NCBI RefSeq assembly: GCF_001194135.2
Contig: NC_068982.1
Coordinates: forward strand, 95,320,688-95,384,687
Reading direction: 5' to 3'
Source: Octopus bimaculoides
Lineage: Eukaryota
DNA: 64,000 nt
Below the pieces are notes generated by a model that saw nothing but the letters and a program-made list of their open reading frames with translations, did not search any database and had not been told where the DNA came from. The number at the start of each line of letters is the position of its first letter. Within the stretch, counting starts at the first letter, position 1. The position numbers were made by a program, and so were the translations under genes. Shown here piece by piece: positions 38,161 to 50,476 of this stretch.

Positions 38161-38364
38161 GCAGGTGTGTGCGTGTTTATATATATGTGTTTGAGTGTGT
38201 TATGTATGAGTGTGAATACGGATAGATAGGAGTACGACGATTTTATCCTCATTAAATAAAGTCTTAGTGTGACTTTAAAAGAAATAATATTGCTGTATAT
38301 TACAATCGAACTGTGCACGCGTGTGTAAAGTATGTTTATATGTGTGAGTATGTACATACATACA

Positions 38365-38450
38365 CGTGTGCGTGCGTGCGTGCGTACGTACGTGCGTGCG
38401 TGCGTGCGTGCGTGCCTGCGTGCCTGCGTGCGTGTGTGCGTGCGTGCGTA
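38365..38450. repeat. (GCGT)n microsatellite
   Basis: Read directly. Confidence 0.9.
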
Positions 38451-39322
38451 CAACGTGAAATACCTTTAACTACCTGAACTTACGAGTTGAATCCTCTTTG
38501 TATAGTTTATGTTCGAAACATTTAATTCTATTTATATCTTGTAATTTGCCTACTTTAACCATTATTTTCCAATTCATTTGGTATTGGAGAAGTTAACTAA
38601 CTTCTCGCTCGTTAATCATTAATCAAAAATATTATTCAATACGAGCATTTTTCTACCTCTCTTGGTATTTAGTTCGAAGTAGTTTATGTCGAGTCATGTG
38701 CTTTGACGAAGTACATGAGGCAATATCTGTAATCATACTTAGCCTTGAGTCAAAACTGTATCTATCAAGTCACATCATTTTATCAAAGTAAACCACAATT
38801 AGTATTTAAAGGTTGTGGTTTGAGGCCTATATTGTCATTCATTCCTCGATAGAAAATGTTATTTCTAAAGTTGGCGCTGATTAGAAGGCTGCAAGTAACA
38901 AGGGATTAAATGAATTCAATAATTTCTTCTCAGAAACAAATTATGTTGGAGTTAAGTAGTGAATACTTATAAATACAATCACACATTTCAATATGGCTAA
39001 TTAAATTCAGGAAGACCTGGTTTCCTCTTGGATATTCTTATGAGCTGAGTTCTATTTAGTGCTTCGTTAAATTTACACAATGATGTATTGATCATTTCCT
39101 ATCGTATGTATGTCAGGTATTATGGAGCGTAAAAGGAACAATTATCGAAAATTTGTATCTCTGCTTACAGCTAAAATTATCCAGTTCAATGATAGTTGCT
39201 ATTATATTTTACTGAAATACATAGCAACTAAAGTTTTGGAAGTAAACCAATGAAACATACTTTAATTGACATTAACTCTTTAGTTGTTGAATAGAGTAAA
39301 TAAAATAGCGTAAAATAGTGTG

Positions 39323-39543
39323 CAGTAATCCCTCGACTATAGCGCGTATTACGTTCCAAAACCCCACCGCGATAGTTGAAAATTCGTGAAGTACAAACAG
39401 TACTGTACTGTATATATTTTTTTATTTTTATAATTTGTATATATTTATTTTATTATAAATGCAAAACAACACCACAGAGGAATTGACGAAAGCTCAAATA
39501 ATAAACTGCGATAGGTGAACCACGATATGGCGAGTGATTATTG
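39323..39543. mobile_element. Tigger/pogo-like MITE (~220 bp)
   Basis: Imperfect TIRs CAGTAATCCCTCGACTATAGCG / CGATATGGCGAGTGATTATTG followed by TA. Subterminal CGCGATAGTTGAA / TGCGATAGGTGAA repeats. Confidence 0.7.
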
Positions 39544-40054
39544 TACTATGAAACACGAAAATAGTTTGGTCTTTCGGGATTATATCTTTACTCATTAATT
39601 ACATTATTTGTTATATTATGAAGCATTGATGCTACGCAAATGTGATAGAGTTTCTAGTCACTTAAGTTTAATCAACTTTATATTTATTTCTTTATTTATT
39701 CACAAAATATGTACAATAGATTTCTACGATGTGTTTTGGGTGTGGCATAACACAAGATAAAGATATCACGATTTATGTTTGACCCAGAAAAGATTTTTGA
39801 AAGGGATAGCAAAATCTAACACACGGTTTAGTTATAGATGTAACGTCATGAATGAGACATGTCTTTCAAAGACAGATGTATGACTCTACATGTATAAGGT
39901 AGTGATGTGAAGCCCGAATCGCGAAATAAACATTTAATTTCAATGAACCACATTTTATATAACATGTGTTGAGCACTTGTCTCATCTGTTCGACACTCTT
40001 CAACTTTTGAATACACATACAAATACATAATATGTGTGCGTGTCAGTGTGTATG

Positions 40055-40095
<41 letters not shown>

Positions 40096-40380
40096 NNNNN
40101 NNNNNNNNNNNNNNNNNNNNNNNNNNNNNNNNNNNNNNNNNNNNNNNNNNNNNNNNNNNNNNNNNNNNNNNNNNNNNNNNNNNNNNNNNNNNNNNNNNNN
40201 NNNNNNNNNNNNNNNNNNNNNNNNNNNNNNNNNNNNNNNNNNNNNNNNNNNNNNNNNNNNNNNNNNNNNNNNNNNNNNNNNNNNNNNNNNNNNNNNNNNN
40301 NNNNNNNNNNNNNNNNNNNNNNNNNNNNNNNNNNNNNNNNNNNNNNNNNNNNNNNNNNNNNNNNNNNNNNNNNNNNNNNN
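40096..40380. other. Assembly gap
   Basis: Run of N. Confidence 1.
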
Positions 40381-40478
40381 AAGCACATAAAATGTGCAAC
40401 AAGGTGGAAAAAAGAGTACTCAAATACCAGAGGTAGAGTAATATGCTTTATTTAAAAGCAGCAGAAATATAACAAAAG

Positions 40479-40518
40479 ACTGTTACTTGAAGTTTCACAT
40501 TCCCGTTTATCGGACACT
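40479..40518 (-). ncRNA. Second, inverted hammerhead copy, probably inactive
   Basis: Minus strand TGT-CCGATAA-ACG-GGAA-TGT-GAA-ACTT-C-AAGT-A-ACAGT. G8 changed to A; stem III pairing retained. Confidence 0.55.
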
Positions 40519-40555
40519 GTCCGATGAACGGGAACGTGAAACTCCGAGTAACAGT
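40516..40555 (+). ncRNA. Minimal type I hammerhead ribozyme (Penelope-type, U4C core variant)
   Basis: Stem I ACTGT/ACAGT, core CCGATGA, stem II ACG-GGAA-CGT, GAA, stem III ACTC-C-GAGT, cleavage triplet GTA ending at 40550. Confidence 0.7.
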
Positions 40556-41640
40556 CTTTTGCTATATTTCTGCTGCTTTTAAATAAAGTATATATATATA
40601 TATAGGGAGGAAGATTTTAAAATGCAGAGGTCATTTCAAGATGTTTATTGACTTGACCAGTTTCACGTTTTTTTAAATAAGATTTTCAAAAGTAAAATGT
40701 AAGGCTTTGTGTAGCCTTTGTTTGGTGTTATAAAATGGATAACATAGATGTATTAAAATACAGTGATAGAGTTTTGCCAATGGTAAGAAAATGTTGGGAA
40801 ATAAAATCTTTGACGATAAGAGATTGCTAACGGGGCTTTGTGTATAAATAGTTTACATAAAAGTGTTCAAAATAGGTAACAAAATAAATTCATAATTATT
40901 TATAAGTTCGTAAAAAATCATGATTGTATATAAGCATATATACAGAAAGAATTTGCAGGCAGTATTTGATAGGAGAAAGCGTGTATTGCTTAGTCAAAAT
41001 TTCACCAGAAATCATATTTAGATATTTATACAGAATTTTAGAGGAATGACCAAACTTTTTTCTTCATCCCCAGTCTTGTATTACTCTTTGGCAAAGATGA
41101 TTGCTATTTTTAGGAATAGTGTGTGAGGCTGGTTGGCGGGGGAAAGCATTCCCATGATTTGATTTCGAATAGTTTGTGGAATCGGAAGGATTTTTTTGTT
41201 TCCGGGCTAATCTGTCATGCTTTAGTGGTTTTTGGACAGGTCTTAGGGTTCAAGTTGGTGTGAGTGTATGTATGTGTTTTTGTGTGTGTACGCGTGTGTG
41301 TGTGTGTCCACGGTTCTATGTGTGTGTATATATATGTGCTTCTGTATGTGTGTGAGGAGGGTTGACTGGTCTTAGAGTTCAGTATGGTGTGTGTGTGTAT
41401 ATGTGGGTGTAGTTTATGTAATTTTCGGGTGTGTGTGCATGTGTGTGTTCTATATTTGTTGTGGTGAAGTGTGTGCGTACGTGTGCATGTATATGTATGT
41501 TATTTTCTGTGAGGTGTGTACATGTTTGGGTGTATTTTTGTGAGTGTTTTATTTGTATTGTTTGTGAAGTGTGTGTATATACGTGTGGGTGTGTTTGCGT
41601 GAGTGTGTCTTGCATTTGTCAGGGTAATGTGTGTTGTTGT

Positions 41641-41790
41641 GTGCGTGCACGTGCTTTTGCGTGCACGTGCTTGTGGGTGCCACGTGCTTGTGCGTGCACG
41701 TGCTTGTGCGTGCACGTGCTTGTGCGTGCACGTGCTTGTGCGTGCACGTGCTTGTGCGTGCACGTGCTTGTGCGTGCACGTGCTTGTGCG
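41641..41790. repeat. 16-bp minisatellite (CTTGTGCGTGCACGTG) x~9
   Basis: CACGTG at 41648, 41664, 41681, 41697, 41713, 41729, 41745, 41761 and 41777. Confidence 0.95.
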
Positions 41791-42369
41791 TGTGTGTGTA
41801 TGTTTGTGTGTGTCTGTGAGTGTTTGTTGTGATTGTTGGAATTGTATTGCGTCTGTAAATGTGCGTGCTTTTTCTTTGAGTGTGTGTGTGTGTGTGTTTT
41901 ACTTGGGAATGGTCATATTCTGTTTGTGTGTGTGTACGTATGTGTGTATATGTGCATATGTAGGGGTTGTATTTGTGAGCGTTTGTGTGTGTATCTGTGT
42001 ATGTTTGGATGTGTTTGTGTGAGTGTCTTGTAATTGTCAGGGTGGTGTATGTTAGTGTGTTCATTACGTGTTTATGTATGTGTGCATATCTGTGTGTGTG
42101 TCTGTGAGTGTTTGTTGTGTTTGCTAGAATCGTATTGCATGTGTATATGTAGGTGTTTTTTTCTTGGAATGTGTGCGTGTTTGTGTTCCAGAGTGGGGAT
42201 ATTGTGTTTTTGCGCATGTGTATGTGTATGTGTGTGGGGTCGGTTGCATTATATTTGTGTGTTTGTGTGTGTTTGTGTGTGTTTGATGTGGATGTGTACT
42301 GAGGGCTAGGGGTAGGGGTACTGTGTTTATGTGTCGGCAGTCCAAGTATATTTTTTGAGATGTTAGATA

Positions 42370-44880
42370 TGTTGAGTAGTGGTTGTATTTTTGAATAAGG
42401 ATATTTTCCTTATTTATCCGTGTTTGGTCAGTGGTGCTGCCTGGGCACTGGTACAGTGGGAAAACTAGGAATTTGGGGTCTAATTTTGTGCACAGAGATC
42501 TAAGTGGCCACTAAATGGTATTTGTTTTGTGGTGTGATCCAATAATTGTTGGCGGTGGACTGTCATCCTATCTATGAGGGTAGGCTAGTTTGCCCTATGT
42601 CGTCTTTGTGGAACTCTTCACACCTAATGGCATAAAGTAAATTTTTTGATGCGCAGGTGAAGTTATTTTTTGCGAAAAAAGTGTGTCCTGATTAGAAGTT
42701 ATATATTGCTCCTTCAATGAGGTGGATGCAGGTCCCGCAATTAGAGCGACCACATTTTTTGACGGTGGGTGTGGAGCTTGTGCGGGTAATTTTGCATTGG
42801 TGACTAAGTTTTTTTGGATATTTGGGTTATCTCTTGCTTTCTATTATTTTATGGGTTTCGAGTGCTATTTTCAAATGTGGGTCTTGACTCAGTAGTGGGA
42901 TGTTCTTGTATATAATCGTGTAAGCTTCTGTATTTCTTGGATTGTGTGTTGAGAGATATGGGAGGCTATGTAATGTACCTTGAATGTGTTTCGGTTTTCG
43001 TAAATCTTGGATATGGATTGTCTTGGCCCGTTCTATTCCATTGTCAACTAATGATGCTGAGCACTGTCTTTTGAGAAGAGCTGGCTTTAGTTCTTGGTGT
43101 CTTTTATTTTCGCGTTTCATAACTTGAGACAGTTGTACAAATTCTTCTCGCAAAATTGAAGGGGATGTTTGTCTTCGTGTCTTTGGGAGATTGGGCGAGT
43201 GGAGGTGAACTGGAGGTATTGTTTGGAATCAGTGGGGTGTGTGGATATGAGTTCCAATGCTGGTGCCTTTTTTAAAATAAGAATGTCTTGAAATGGGAGT
43301 TGGTCTTGACGATATTCCATTGTAAATTGGATATGGTTGTTGACGCTGTTCATTAAATTTTTTAAATAATTAAGTTGATCGAACGTTTGAGACCATAGAT
43401 TGAGGTAGTTATCCAAGTAGCGTTTCAATTCTCCAAGAGAAATTTGTGCAAAGACAGGCCGTATTTTAATTTGGATTGTTCATATATTTGTACTTCCAGG
43501 TAGGCCATCACCAGATTGCCATATGTTACGGAAACTTTATTACGCATTGCAGTCCCTGATACCTGTTTGTAGGTATTATTATTAAAATTTAAGAAGTTGT
43601 TTTGCAGGATAAGCTTAAGGCCCTCGATGATAAATTCTTTTTTATTCTTTCCGGCTTTCCGGGATCTCATTGGGATATTTTTCTAGCCAGAATTTAATGA
43701 CTTCCAGTCCGTATTGATGTGGAAATGTAGTATAAATGTTTATCACATCAAAAGAGACGATGAAAATGTCTTCATTGGCATGTTTGGGGAGGTGGTTTAG
43801 GAGGTCCAGGTTATCCCTTACAATACTTGGTATGTGTTTAAGTATTGGTTTTAAGAGTATATCAATGAAGTTGCTTAATCTGTGTGTTTCATAGTTTGGA
43901 CCTGCCACAATTGGTCTCAGTTTGAGACCAGCGGGGTGTGGTAGAGTCATGCAGGTTTAGGTGGACTTTTTGCAAGCTTCAGTAATTATTTTGCTCTTGT
44001 GGATTTTCGGAAGCCCGTAGAGGTTGCTGGTTTTGCAATCAAAATTTGCTAAGTAGTCGCATTCCTTGATTATTTTGATGTTGGCAAATAAGTATGTTTA
44101 CTTTCGACATCGTTTTTGAGTCTTGATAGTTGACTACTCTTTCACAGTAGGTATTATCTTGTAAGAGGTGGGAAAGAGAGTTTTTGTATTGGTCTGTGTC
44201 CATAATTACGGCAATACTACCCTTATCTGCTTCATTGATTGTGATGTCATGATTGTTTCATAACTCGTGGATTATTTCCCATTCCATTTTACTGGTATTG
44301 GATTTGGGTTTAGGTTGTGGTAGTTCACTCTAAGGGAAGTTTGATTTGTAGTCACAAAATTTGTCCAGAGTTTTGTTCCTGCCTTTGGTAGGATTGTAAT
44401 TGCTTTTACTGCGTACTATTGATTCGTCGTTATTATTTTCCTTGTCGTAAAGTTCTGTGGGGCGTAATTTTCTACAGAAGTGTGAGATATCGTCATGCAT
44501 TTCATTGAGGTTAAGGTACTGTGGTGTTAGAATGAATTTCAATCCTTTTGAAAGGATTTTAATTTGTTGGGTCGACAGGTTTAGGCTTGAAAGATTCACT
44601 ATTTTTGGTACATCAGGGTTGGTATGTACCATCTGGTGTCGTGGATACTTTTTCCTTGGCCTATAAAATGATTTCTAGAGGTTCTTCTGTCTCTGGTATA
44701 TTGGGGTATACTGGCATTTCCTCCGTTATTGTGTGGCCTACTAAAGAGGTTTTGGATATTCCCGAGTCTGGGTTTTCGGTAATGGATGTAATTTTCGTTT
44801 CTTAGTATGGATTGAAACCTACGGTCGTGGTTTAGAACCGAATTCGTATGTGTTGGAAGGTATCTAAGATTTTGCAACGC
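42370..44880 (-). pseudogene. Penelope RT + GIY-YIG endonuclease ORF, frameshifted
   Basis: IVNLSSLNLSTQQIKILSKGLKF, LRPIVAGP, IVSFDVINIYT, YKQVSGTAM, KRYLDN (YxDD relic), HIQFTMEY..LPFQDILI, and LLYAIRC....DIGQTS..LIDRMTVHRQQ. Confidence 0.92.
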
Positions 44881-44958
44881 CTTCTGTGTGGGCTGGTATC
44901 TACGGTGTCGAGTAAAGTCTTGTCTTGGGTTGGAGGATGCCTGAGCTTTTTTGGTATG

Positions 44959-44999
<41 letters not shown>

Positions 45000-45090
45000 A
45001 AAAAACAATAACAAAAAAGCAACAAAGTGAGGACGTGATATGGATAGTATTATTGGACGCTCAGGAAAGGAAAGAGAGAGTGTATATATA

Positions 45091-45441
45091 NNNNNNNNNN
45101 NNNNNNNNNNNNNNNNNNNNNNNNNNNNNNNNNNNNNNNNNNNNNNNNNNNNNNNNNNNNNNNNNNNNNNNNNNNNNNNNNNNNNNNNNNNNNNNNNNNN
45201 NNNNNNNNNNNNNNNNNNNNNNNNNNNNNNNNNNNNNNNNNNNNNNNNNNNNNNNNNNNNNNNNNNNNNNNNNNNNNNNNNNNNNNNNNNNNNNNNNNNN
45301 NNNNNNNNNNNNNNNNNNNNNNNNNNNNNNNNNNNNNNNNNNNNNNNNNNNNNNNNNNNNNNNNNNNNNNNNNNNNNNNNNNNNNNNNNNNNNNNNNNNN
45401 NNNNNNNNNNNNNNNNNNNNNNNNNNNNNNNNNNNNNNNNN
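45091..45441. other. Assembly gap flanked by (TA/CA)n
   Basis: Run of N. Confidence 1.
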
Positions 45442-46911
45442 TATATATATGCACATACATATATATATATAAATATATATACATATATATACACACATAT
45501 ATATATATATATATACACAAACATATATATACATATATATATATATACACACATATATATACATGCATACACACTCATATATATATATACATACATATAT
45601 GCAGATTACACACACATACACAGACTCACATCACTTCCATTTTCAACCGTGTATATATGTGTGTGTTATACAGTATATATATTTATGTACATACATAGGA
45701 AAAACCGAAATGTCTCCCCACTATACCATTGCATACAGCCATACATATTCACATTCATATATAGATGTGTGCACTCATGTGTTTGTGTGTAAATATTGAT
45801 CTGTGTGTGTATTTAATAAAAATATAATTACATTCGCGGTTTAATTTTCAGATAGAAATTAACTTGGAATGGGAAACAAGTAAATGAAAATGTACAATTC
45901 TGTTGGAAATTACTTTTAGAATAAATAATTTGTTATTTAATAGAATTATGTCGCTGTTTCGACAATTGGCAATATTAGATATCCGAATGCAGGAGCCAGA
46001 AAACCAGAACCGTCATATTTGGATTATTGACATTAGGCTGCTTGTGGAACCCCATTCGTACTTTTCAAACTTTTGCTGACAAATAATTAATGTGTCTATT
46101 CTATAAGTGTATATATTTAATATTCTCTTTTTATTAAAGTCAGACTACAACAATTTTCAACATGAAATAGAAGATTTAAGGAGATAAAGAGAGATACTGA
46201 AGTAGTCAGATATTTTAAAATATGTGTGTGCATTTCAAGCATCTCACAAATTTTTCTATATTTTCTATTATAAGTTTTACTAGCTAATATTTTCTATCCT
46301 CAATCTTGTGTGTCTTAAAGCTATTACATATTCAAGAGCTTTGGTATTTTTATGACGGCGTTTTCTTGAAAGATACTTTCTTGTACAACAAAGACCGTTG
46401 TGCTATCTACCATACAGTACGGAATGAACTCAACAAAAGTAATTTTTATCCGTTTTATAATGCCCTTTTATGCTTATTTAGTTGCTAGAACACAATGTCT
46501 ATGACAGAGTGATGATTGTATCAGAAAATAGCAAAAGACGCAGCACATTGATGATTTAGTTTACCATTTTTGAACTTACTAATTACGCCATACAAGCACC
46601 AATGACTAGGTATCGAAAGCAGAGATATGGAACTTAGGTCATCCACCACGGTAAAAGTTTAATTGCCGCCTGCCTTACATTGTAGCTAGGTACCGCTTAC
46701 TATCGACTGTGAAAGAGATTGGGCATGTCTTCTATGCTGAGTTATCAGCAAATAGGAAAAAAGTCCTTAAGGAGTCACCTTCCCTTTTTTCGCACAAATC
46801 ATCGAAGGAATGTTTACATTCTCATGTAGTTGATTATCAGTTCCATATATACATGTATATGCTAATGCATATGCATATAGGATGCGCATATACTTATAAC
46901 GATCACCGCGC

Positions 46912-47250
46912 ACTAAGGAAAAGGGTCTAATAATGGGGGATATAAGGCCTCGACAGAAAAAAAGTAGGTTTTCTTGTATCCAGGTTCGAGTCCCACGCGT
47001 ACGAGAAACCCTACGTTTTTGTGTCGAGGGCTTATATGCCCCATTATTAGATAAAAATACATTCTGGTACATCTTTCACGAATAGAAAATAATTTCACAG
47101 CATGGTACTAAGGAAAATAGTCTAATAATGGGGGATATAAGCCCTCGACAGAAAAAAGTAGGATTTCCTGTGTTCGAGTCCCATGCGTACGGGAAAGCCT
47201 ACTTTTTTGTGTCGAGCGCTTATATGCCCCATTATTATGACGTATTTCTA
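46912..47250. repeat. Tandem duplication (period 195 bp) of a long inverted-repeat unit with GTTCGAGTCCC in the loop
   Basis: Hairpin 1 46926-47051, hairpin 2 47123-47237. Both are preceded by ACTAAGGAAAA. Confidence 0.92.
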
Positions 47251-48479
47251 TACATCATTTTCCAGAAGATGGATCTTCCATTGACTTCTTGTATCACAGC
47301 TACAATAGTTTCTAGTGTTCTCGTCATTCCTATTGCATTTCGGTTTTATGCTCCTAACATTTTCCCATTCTCTGAAAAACATTGAATACTCTCCTTCCCA
47401 TTGTTTCTCTTGCAACAAAAAGTCACGTACAGACATTTTAGTGAAAACCTACCTCAATGAATTTACCATTGTTTCAATGTTTCTATCATTGTTTCTATCA
47501 CACATAAAATAATAGATCATCGAACCAAATACTTAAGATATAAGTAATTTTCTATATAATGATAAGCATTTTGCGCCTCTAGCGTCTGATGACATGTATG
47601 GTGAATTTCGACTATGGGACATTTTTCATTTATACTGATATAACTAAATAACCCAAAGCTTGTGTGTGTGTGTTTGTGTGCATGTGTGTGTACGTGTGTG
47701 TGGTACGTGTGAGAGAAAGGGGGAGTGAGGGGGAGCGTGTGTGTGTGCTTATGTACAAATATATACATACCATATGACGAATACATACCTGATGTGTCTA
47801 AACGTATCTGCACAGTATGTATGTTGGTATAAGAAAATGTAGTTATAAATGTAGTTTGATATTTATCTAAAACTTTAATAAATCGATTTTATTTCTCAAT
47901 GTATGCACATCAGTTATTAGTTAAAGCAACCTAAAATATTTGACAGAAGATTAAATGTTAAAATCTTGAAATGGCATGAAGCTTAAAGGTAAAGTAAAAA
48001 AAAATTCTGCTATACATGAACAAAACTTTCTACACGAGTTGTGACAGGAATAAGAAATTGCAATCTCAACAGCAAAGCAGCCTCATTAAAAGATTACTCG
48101 ATGCTTGTCAGACGAAGTTTTAAATGGAACTGTCACGAGTCATCCGAAGTCATTTAACAAGCTCGACCAAGTTAGGCTTGTTGTAACAAACATACTAACG
48201 ACAATCAATTAACAAGACTTTTAACGAAACGCTATATAAAATATTGCAGAAATTGCAACATAGTTGACAGATGTCTCATAGTAAAAATTACTCGCCGTGA
48301 ATGTCATCAAGACTATTTCTGTAGACTTCAAAGAAAAAAGACAATTTATTTTTACTTCAAATAAATTCTTTTGTGATTTAGACATTTAGCTGAGCGAATC
48401 AATTACGGCGCATTACCGCTATTAGATTTACCGACCTCAAGAAGGTGATAATCAAAGTTAAACTCAGTGACATACAAGC

Positions 48480-48483
48480 AAGG

Positions 48484-48554
<71 letters not shown>

Positions 48555-48556
48555 AA
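48480..48556. repeat. (GAAA)n microsatellite
   Basis: Read directly. Confidence 0.95.
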
Positions 48557-48659
48557 TTATTTAACTAAATTTCTTTCTAATCACTACCTGATAAAAATGA
48601 ACTTAAGATCGTTTTCTTAGATATGAGACAAAATTTTAAAGTAGTGTTGTATACATCTC

Positions 48660-49790
48660 AGTTAACTTGCCTCACCAGCTACAAGCCTACTATCTTGTCG
48701 GTACTGATTTTGGCCTCTGCCACCAACTTGTCTTCTATTAGAATAGTGTCGAGAGTTTCCACTTTGGAGACGTCCAACACGATGTCGGTGACATCCTCAG
48801 CGTACGCCAACATTGCCCTCCCTGGCTCGAGTTTGAAGAGGATGCCCTTCAACTGTTCCAACTTCCGCAGCAGAGACTCGAGAGTCAGCACGTGCAAAAG
48901 AGGTGAGAACAAGAAACCCTAACGGAACGAGAGTACGATATGAAAATGTGCAGATAGGTGGTCATTTCTTTTGACCTCCGAGCAGGCAACGCTGTGAATT
49001 GCTTAAGTCCAGCCTATGGAAACGGATCCGAAACCAGCCGATTTGAGAATTGCTTCCAAGTAACGATAGTCGATCCTATAGAACGCTCTAGGTTCATTCA
49101 AATTTATCAGAGCTCCACCAAAATCAGCTTTGATCCCAGCCCTCTCTATGCTGTATCATAGTTAGACTTCCTCGGGATCGCACACATTTGTGCTTCCATG
49201 ATCAGACTACCCACGGCAAGTGCCAACATTTTCGTTAACGCCTTGGCCATAATCTGAAACTCTGTGTATAGCAGAGTTATGGGCCAAACGTTGTCTAGCA
49301 TGTCCTCTTTGATCTGCTTCTGTTTTTAGAGACGTTTCCACTCCTCGGTTCACAACATCAGGAATTCTTCCGTTCTGCTACGAGGACACCAAATACATCT
49401 GGCATGAACTCATTGAATTCGTATGGTGAAACATCTAAGCCAAGCGATTTGCGCCTTATACAACTGTTCATCGCCTCTCGTATTTCAGCGACCGTTATCA
49501 ACTTTTCGCAAAAACGCGCGTCTATTGCCGAGAAACTTGACAAGCCGTCTGGGTGCAAACTAATATCCACTATCATCTCCGGTCCATCACCTCCCTAAAC
49601 AGTCGCGTGAAGTGCTGCTGGAAAGCCTCACATATTAGTTGACTTCCGTGTAGCACACTCGCGTTCCGGTCCGTCAAAAATTTGTTCGTCATTTTGACGG
49701 TTTTAGTTCCCTCGTGTTCGTGTTTGAGCGTGCATTCCTCAGCGAACAGCGCAACCATCATGTTTTGTTTCGAAGAAATGGGCAAGGTCC
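48660..49790 (-). mobile_element. Tx1/L1-clade LINE RT fragment, degenerate
   Basis: FQQHFTRLF, CEKLITVAEIREAM...RKSLGLDVSPYEF, and FSPLLHVLTLESLLRKL...LAYAEDVT...VAEAKISTDKIVGL (cf. SPLLYVLALEPLL..SAYADDVT..GAKIN.DKSVGL). Confidence 0.8.
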
Positions 49791-49799
49791 ATTCTCGCC

Positions 49800-49975
49800 T
49801 TTAGCACTTGTTGAGAAGTGGTATAAGAAGCACACTAAGGCTGTAACTAAGGGAGAAAATCTAACGATTATTTGGGACTTTCCTGTACACAGATAGAATC
49901 ATGAAATCTAATAAACCGGATACGGTTGTAAAGGATCAAAATAGTGGAGTGTTTATTGATTAGCACGAGCATCTT
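49800..49975 (+). mobile_element. R4/Dong-like endonuclease-region fragment
   Basis: EKWYKKHTKAVTKGENLTIIWDFPVH ... KSNKPDTVVKD. Confidence 0.75.
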
Positions 49976-50323
49976 TTGTGATTATAATACAGCGACAAAA
50001 GAATTTGACAAATTCAGAAATTATAAAGATTTGCTCAGTGAAATCGAAAACAAATGTGGCATGTCAAGGCGGTTACAATATCAGTAATTGTAATAGCACT
50101 AGAAATGATCAAAAAATATTTAAGAATGATCCGTGGTTTACGATCCCTGCAAGAAGTGCAAAAGCTTATTTTAACAGGAAAGGCACACGTATTAAGAAAA
50201 GTAGTGCCCTTCTGAGAACGATAACCGTTTATGTAAGTATTTTTTTTTTACATAGCTTAATCTGAGTGTCTTTGCCCTATGTATCAGGAGGAGACTCAGT
50301 AAGAGATGGAAGGAAAATTCAAG

Positions 50324-50476
50324 GAAGAAGAAGAAGAAGAAGAAGAAGAAGAAGAAGAAGAAGAAGAAGAAGAAGAAGAAGAAGAAGAAGAAGAAGAAGA
50401 AGAAGAAGAAGAAGAAGAAGAAGAAGAAGAAGAAGAAGAAGAAGAAGAAGAAGAAGAAGAAGAAGAAGAAGAAGAA
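50324..50476. repeat. (GAA)n microsatellite
   Basis: Read directly. Confidence 0.97.

Larger units (their letters stand above)
40441..40593. repeat. 153-bp palindrome (76-bp arms, centre 40517)
   Basis: ATATGCTTTATTTAAAAGCAGCAG...ATCGGACA-C-TGTCCGAT...CTGCTGCTTTTAAATAAAGTATAT with a few mismatches. Confidence 0.95.
40600..45080 (-). mobile_element. Near full-length degenerate Penelope-like element including long CA-rich 3' region
   Basis: Coding relic 42370-44880. The same strand skew (GT-rich + strand) continues to 40600. A putative terminal-repeat piece lies at 44995-45085 beside a gap. Boundaries are approximate. Confidence 0.65.

Noticed and set aside
41379-42345. Long His/Thr- or Cys/Val-rich ORFs (up to 222 aa)
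   Set aside because: Translations of CA/TG low-complexity DNA and the 16-bp minisatellite.
46912-47250. CRISPR array or true tRNA genes
   Set aside because: Only two long units and no unique spacers or cas genes; only the T-loop/B-box is tRNA-like, with no cloverleaf.
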